The translations under genes and the position numbers were made by a program. DNA of 63,903 nt, counting the filler. It is 4 parts of 4 records of this genome, joined end to end, with 100 filler letters (N's around TTAATTAATTAA, not from the genome) between each part and the next. Parts side by side here need not be neighbours in the genome. Positions count along the whole stretch, not along the records: positions 47,970 to 63,903 come from SRR31156797_1508; 3 more parts are not named here. One strand, 5' to 3'. Position 1 is the first letter of the stretch, and the number at the start of each line of letters is the position of its first letter. The notes beneath the pieces are model-generated. The model ran no database searches and was not told the origin of the DNA. It saw only the letters and a program-made list of their open reading frames with translations. Below, piece after piece: positions 60,228 through 63,903 of the stretch.

Positions 60228-61421
60228 CTACGAGCGGTAATCCGCGTTGATACTCACGTATTCCTTCGTCAAATCCGAAGCGAGCAGCATGGAGCTGCCC
60301 GGGCCACCACCAATATCTATATGGATAACGATATCCCGCTCGCTCATGATGGGACCGAGCAAGTCGTCCATATCACCGGGTTCAGGAGTTCCGTTATGAA
60401 ACACAAGAATCCCACCAATTTTTAGCACGAGATTATTGGCCTTGAAATCCGCACCGGAATAACCGGCTGCACAAATAATACGGCCCCAATTAGGATCAGA
60501 ACCGAACAACGCGGTTTTGACCAACGGGGAATTACCCACGGCTCGTGCCACCAGTTCAGCGTCCTCATCCGACTTGGCACCGGACACTTGAATAAAGGCA
60601 ACCTTGGTGCCTCCTTCTGCATCCATAACGATCTTATAGGCCAAATCTTCCAACACATTCAGCAGATGCTTACGCAACAAAATGTAGTCTTCTTCGGACT
60701 CGATGGACACCCCGGATGCGCCATTAGCAAGAGCCATGACACAATCATTGGTCGACGTGTCGCCATCCACTGTCACTCGATTGATGGACAGATTTACGCA
60801 ATCAGCGAGCATGGCCTGCCACGCCTCGGCAGAAATATCTGCATCACAAACGATGAAGGAAAGCATGGTTGCCATATTGGGGGAGATCATGCCTGCCCCT
60901 TTGCACATCCCGAGCAAACGAACTTCGCCGCCCTTCAATTCAAAAGATGCATCGCACAACTTATGTACGGTATCCGTGGTCATGATGGAATGGGCCGTGT
61001 CTTCCGGCGTAGCGACACCAAGATTCTCGCCAAGCGCAGGCATGGCTTTTTCCCATTTAGCCATATCAAACTGTGCACCGATAACGCCGGTGGATGCAGG
61101 AAGCAATTCATCAGCCGGAACATTCAATGCTTTGGATGCCAGATTCAGGGTTTCACGACAATTGGCGCGTCCCTCGTCACCGGTACAGGCATTGGCTTGC
61201 CCGGAATTAATCAGGAACCCAGACATTTTTCGCCCGTCTGCCAGCATTTCCTGACACTGCAATACAGGTGCAGCCTTAAATTTATTCGTAGTAAACACGC
61301 CTGCGGCCACGGCCGGAGTGCTGCTGACAATAGCTCCAAGATCGAGCTTGCCCGGTTTCTTGAACGACGCCGCTGTTGCGGCAAAAGTATATCCAACGGG
61401 TATATTCATTCCTTTCTCCAT
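60228..61421 (-). CDS. argJ: Glutamate N-acetyltransferase / amino-acid acetyltransferase
   Basis: GVFTTN, NSGQANA, STGVIG, IMTTD, KGAGMISPNMATML, DGDTSTND, DAEGGTK, SPLVKTA, DPNWGR, INADYRS. Confidence 0.97.
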   Translation of the reverse strand: MEKGMNIPVGYTFAATAASFKKPGKLDLGAIVSSTPAVAAGVFTTNKFKAAPVLQCQEMLADGRKMSGFLINSGQANACTGDEGRANCRETLNLASKALNVPADELLPASTGVIGAQFDMAKWEKAMPALGENLGVATPEDTAHSIMTTDTVHKLCDASFELKGGEVRLLGMCKGAGMISPNMATMLSFIVCDADISAEAWQAMLADCVNLSINRVTVDGDTSTNDCVMALANGASGVSIESEEDYILLRKHLLNVLEDLAYKIVMDAEGGTKVAFIQVSGAKSDEDAELVARAVGNSPLVKTALFGSDPNWGRIICAAGYSGADFKANNLVLKIGGILVFHNGTPEPGDMDDLLGPIMSERDIVIHIDIGGGPGSSMLLASDLTKEYVSINADYRS

Positions 61422-61523
61422 ATCAGATTTCTCAGTCAGGTCTCTGCTTTACCTCAGAGTGCGCCGTGTGAAAAGGGGGAACATGTTGCAGGACTATGAC
61501 AGAAGGCGTAACACGGCGAGTCA

Positions 61524-62258
61524 ATGGAACCTCTCATCATCGCACTCGTCCTCGCCACCTTCTTTTTTGCGGCCTTCATGAAAGGTACGGCAGGCCTCGG
61601 TTTCGCCACCACCTGTCTAGGGATAATGGCGAGTTATCTCGATTTGCGACTGGCTATTCCGTTGATTATCATCCCTTCTTTACTTTCCAACACCATGGTC
61701 ATGATTGACGCCGGGAATTTCTGGTCCATCTTTCGCCGCTTCTGGGTGCTCTACGCCTCGGCTCTGCCCGGACTTATCTTCGGATTATGGATATTAGGCG
61801 AAAATGAAACCGACCTGCCCCGCATCGTACTTGGCACGACCATGTTTCTATATGGTATATGGGGATTATGGCGCGGCCATCTCTCGCTGAAACAGACCGG
61901 TCCACTTGAAACATGTGTCGGTCTCCTGACCGGCCTGATCAACGGTCTGACCGGCTCGCAAATCATGCCCATTATGCCCTATCTCATGTCTCTGAATATT
62001 ACCAAAGATGAATTGGTGCAGGCCATCAACACCTCATTCACCATTGCCAGCCTCGTCATGCTCGCAGGACTGGGAAAACTAGGCCTGATCTCCACCGAAA
62101 ACATGGTTCTCTCGGCGGTGGGAGTTATTCCAGTGGGGCTGGGAATCTGGCTCGGCGGCAAGGTTCGTCGCAAACTACCGGAAGCCATTTTCCGCAAAAT
62201 AGTACTCGCCTTGATAGGATTACTCGGGCTTGGACTCGTCATACGAAGTGTCTTGTAA
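61524..62258 (+). CDS. TauE/SafE family exporter
   Basis: KGTAGLGF, about 8 TM in two repeats, G..LG.KVRRKL.E..FRK. Confidence 0.85.
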   Translation: MEPLIIALVLATFFFAAFMKGTAGLGFATTCLGIMASYLDLRLAIPLIIIPSLLSNTMVMIDAGNFWSIFRRFWVLYASALPGLIFGLWILGENETDLPRIVLGTTMFLYGIWGLWRGHLSLKQTGPLETCVGLLTGLINGLTGSQIMPIMPYLMSLNITKDELVQAINTSFTIASLVMLAGLGKLGLISTENMVLSAVGVIPVGLGIWLGGKVRRKLPEAIFRKIVLALIGLLGLGLVIRSVL

Positions 62259-62323
62259 CTCTTGCAATCACCGGCCTGACGAGGCATAGCATGAATACGA
62301 ACCAGCAATTCAAGGAGACATCC

Positions 62324-62803
62324 ATGCGTATATCCATTTTTCGCCTGATTCTGACTACTCTGGCCATCGTGATGTTCTCTCTGCCCGCACTGGCTGGCCG
62401 AGAAATCAATCTATCCAAAGGCCAAACCATCTATGTCCCGGTGTATTCCCACATCTATCAAGGCATCAAAGGCAAGCCGTACAATCTGTCCGCTCTGCTT
62501 TCCATCCGCAATGTGGACTACAACGACTTCATCACGGTCACTGCAGTTCAATACTACGATGACAATGGCAAAATGCTGAAATCATATCTTGAAAAACCAA
62601 TCACCATTCCACCCATGGGAACAACTGAAGTTCACATTCCTGAACGCGATACTTCTGGCGGTTCCGGGGCAAACTTCACGGTAGTATGGGAAAGCGCCAA
62701 AAGTGTCTCTACACCAATCATTCAGGCGGTCATGATCGGCACGGCCTCAACACAGGGCATATCTTTCGTATGTGACGGCGTCGCTATCGAAGAAAAGGAA
62801 TAG
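62324..62803 (+). CDS. DUF3124 family exported protein
   Basis: GQTIYVPVYSHIY, LSIRN, YYD..G, GGSGANF.V.W, PIIQAVMIG; AAGGAG RBS before ATG 62324. Confidence 0.85.
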   Translation: MRISIFRLILTTLAIVMFSLPALAGREINLSKGQTIYVPVYSHIYQGIKGKPYNLSALLSIRNVDYNDFITVTAVQYYDDNGKMLKSYLEKPITIPPMGTTEVHIPERDTSGGSGANFTVVWESAKSVSTPIIQAVMIGTASTQGISFVCDGVAIEEKE

Positions 62804-62830
62804 CTCCACATCGCCACAGCCCAAAAGATA

Positions 62831-63316
62831 CTACTTTGTCACGCCCAACAATCCATTGACTGCGGCCATGACAGCCTGCTCTTTGACCTCTTGACGGGAG
62901 CCGGAAAAATTATACAGACGGGCACGGGTGCCAGACGGCCAAGCCCACGCCATCCAGACGGTGCCAACAGGTTTTTCAGGTGTTCCGCCACTTGGTCCGG
63001 CAATGCCGGAAATCGCCACGGAAACCTGCGCGCCCACGGCCTTGAGCACCCCTTGCGCCATGGCCAAAACCACGGGTTCGGAAACCGCGCCATTTTCTTC
63101 CAAAATTTTCGGCGACACACCAAGCAGGTTGGTCTTGACCTCATTCGAGTAAGCAACCACCGACCCGGCAAACCACTCCGAACTCCCGGGGGTGTCAGTC
63201 AGGGTGCTCGCCAGCAGGCCTCCAGTACACGATTCGGCTGTAGCGAGGAAGTTGTCTTCCACACTCAGACATTCACCCAATTCAGCAACAGCTCGAGAAA
63301 TAAGATTGATATCCAT
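62831..63316 (-). CDS. pncC: CinA C-terminal domain / NMN deamidase
   Basis: ATAESCTGG, GSS.WF, YSNEVK, GAVS, SGIAGPSGG..KPVGTV. Confidence 0.9.
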   Translation of the reverse strand: MDINLISRAVAELGECLSVEDNFLATAESCTGGLLASTLTDTPGSSEWFAGSVVAYSNEVKTNLLGVSPKILEENGAVSEPVVLAMAQGVLKAVGAQVSVAISGIAGPSGGTPEKPVGTVWMAWAWPSGTRARLYNFSGSRQEVKEQAVMAAVNGLLGVTK

Positions 63317-63402
63317 TACGTCCTCCAGACACGGGTTTACAAAATCTCCGAATAGGTTGCAATCTCGACCTGTCCGTTTGTATTGTTACTGAAGGAGGAT
63401 CA

Positions 63403-63825
63403 ATGACAGTCACACCATCCGACTTGGCCAAACTGGCGCTTGAACGCCACCGTCTTCCGTGGAACTGGAGTCTACAGTTCGCGGCACTGGTCCTTTTTTG
63501 CCTGACGCTCCTCTTTCACAGCCCGTTATTCCTGACAGCCACGATTATTCTTTGCGCGACCGGATTCCTTCGTTTGAACATGGAGGAACCACCGGACAAT
63601 TTGTGGTTTCGATTCGTAAAGGCTGGCATTGAATGGGAAAAAGACTGGATCGCCGCCCCATGGAACTGGGCCAAATGGACCAAGTTCATTTTCATCTTCA
63701 TCATGTCTGTCGTTTTTCTTTGGGCTCTCTGGGCCCGCGAGGCGGCAACCCTCGGATTGATTCTGGGGTTTGCGGTTCTAATCAGAGTAGTGATTGAAAA
63801 TATTGGAAATGGAATTGAGCCGTAA
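63403..63825 (+). CDS. Hypothetical membrane protein
   Basis: AAGGAGG RBS, about 4 hydrophobic segments, Trp-rich. Confidence 0.75.
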   Translation: MTVTPSDLAKLALERHRLPWNWSLQFAALVLFCLTLLFHSPLFLTATIILCATGFLRLNMEEPPDNLWFRFVKAGIEWEKDWIAAPWNWAKWTKFIFIFIMSVVFLWALWAREAATLGLILGFAVLIRVVIENIGNGIEP

Positions 63826-63903
63826 TTTATTGCAGCGCGCTTTCTCAGTAAAGATAAGAAGGGGAAGAAAGAACTTCGTTTTTGGTGGGCGTTGCGTGCT
63901 TCG

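Noticed and set aside
60588..61499. 303-aa + strand ORF (and similar shadows at 31393, 46372, 48064, 55754, 58358)
   Set aside because: Fully antisense to conserved genes such as argJ, with no protein-like features

Overview
This window is not one locus. It is four unrelated contigs joined by three artificial 100-nt spacers (44 N + TTAATTAATTAA + 44 N at 22781-22880, 36784-36883 and 47870-47969), so gene neighbourhoods across these joins mean nothing. Contig 1 (1-22780; AT-rich, Bacteroidota-like) is a glycan-degradation region. It holds two hybrid two-component systems, a DUF1593 nucleoside-hydrolase-like secreted protein, a T9SS-secreted modular enzyme with an unassigned clan GH-A-like domain, a GH88-GH43-heparinase II/III-like operon, a CE8 pectin methylesterase, a DEDDh exonuclease next to a cNMP/CBS/DUF294 nucleotidyltransferase, and the truncated start of a PL11 rhamnogalacturonan lyase missed by the ORF track. 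Contig 2 (22881-36783; mid-GC, tentatively Desulfobacterota-like) carries a PhoD-like phosphoesterase, M48 protease, MFS, YpeA-like GNAT, beta-hydroxyacid dehydrogenase, an unknown protein with a HIT-like motif, a large FAD/Fe-S/CCG oxidoreductase, a macro-domain protein and the end of a Bat operon. Contig 3 (36884-47869; Bacteroidota-like) has partial uvrB, a beta-barrel plus lipoprotein pair, a HAD phosphatase, Wzi/WcaJ/WecA-like genes and a truncated hybrid kinase. Contig 4 (47970-63903; Desulfovibrio-like) has partial cbiA, a TPR protein, nhaA, a periplasmic binding protein coupled to a GGDEF-EAL protein, an mlaEFDCA operon, HD protein, tautomerase, argJ, TauE, DUF3124 and pncC. I saw no rRNA, tRNA, CRISPR array or transposase. 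Taxonomic and family calls come from motif recognition, not database searches. The best novelty candidates are the unassigned GH-A-like secreted enzyme with its divergent HTCS/DUF1593 unit, the DUF294 nucleotidyltransferase/DEDDh pair, the lyase operon and the HIT-like orphan. None is proven to be a new system.
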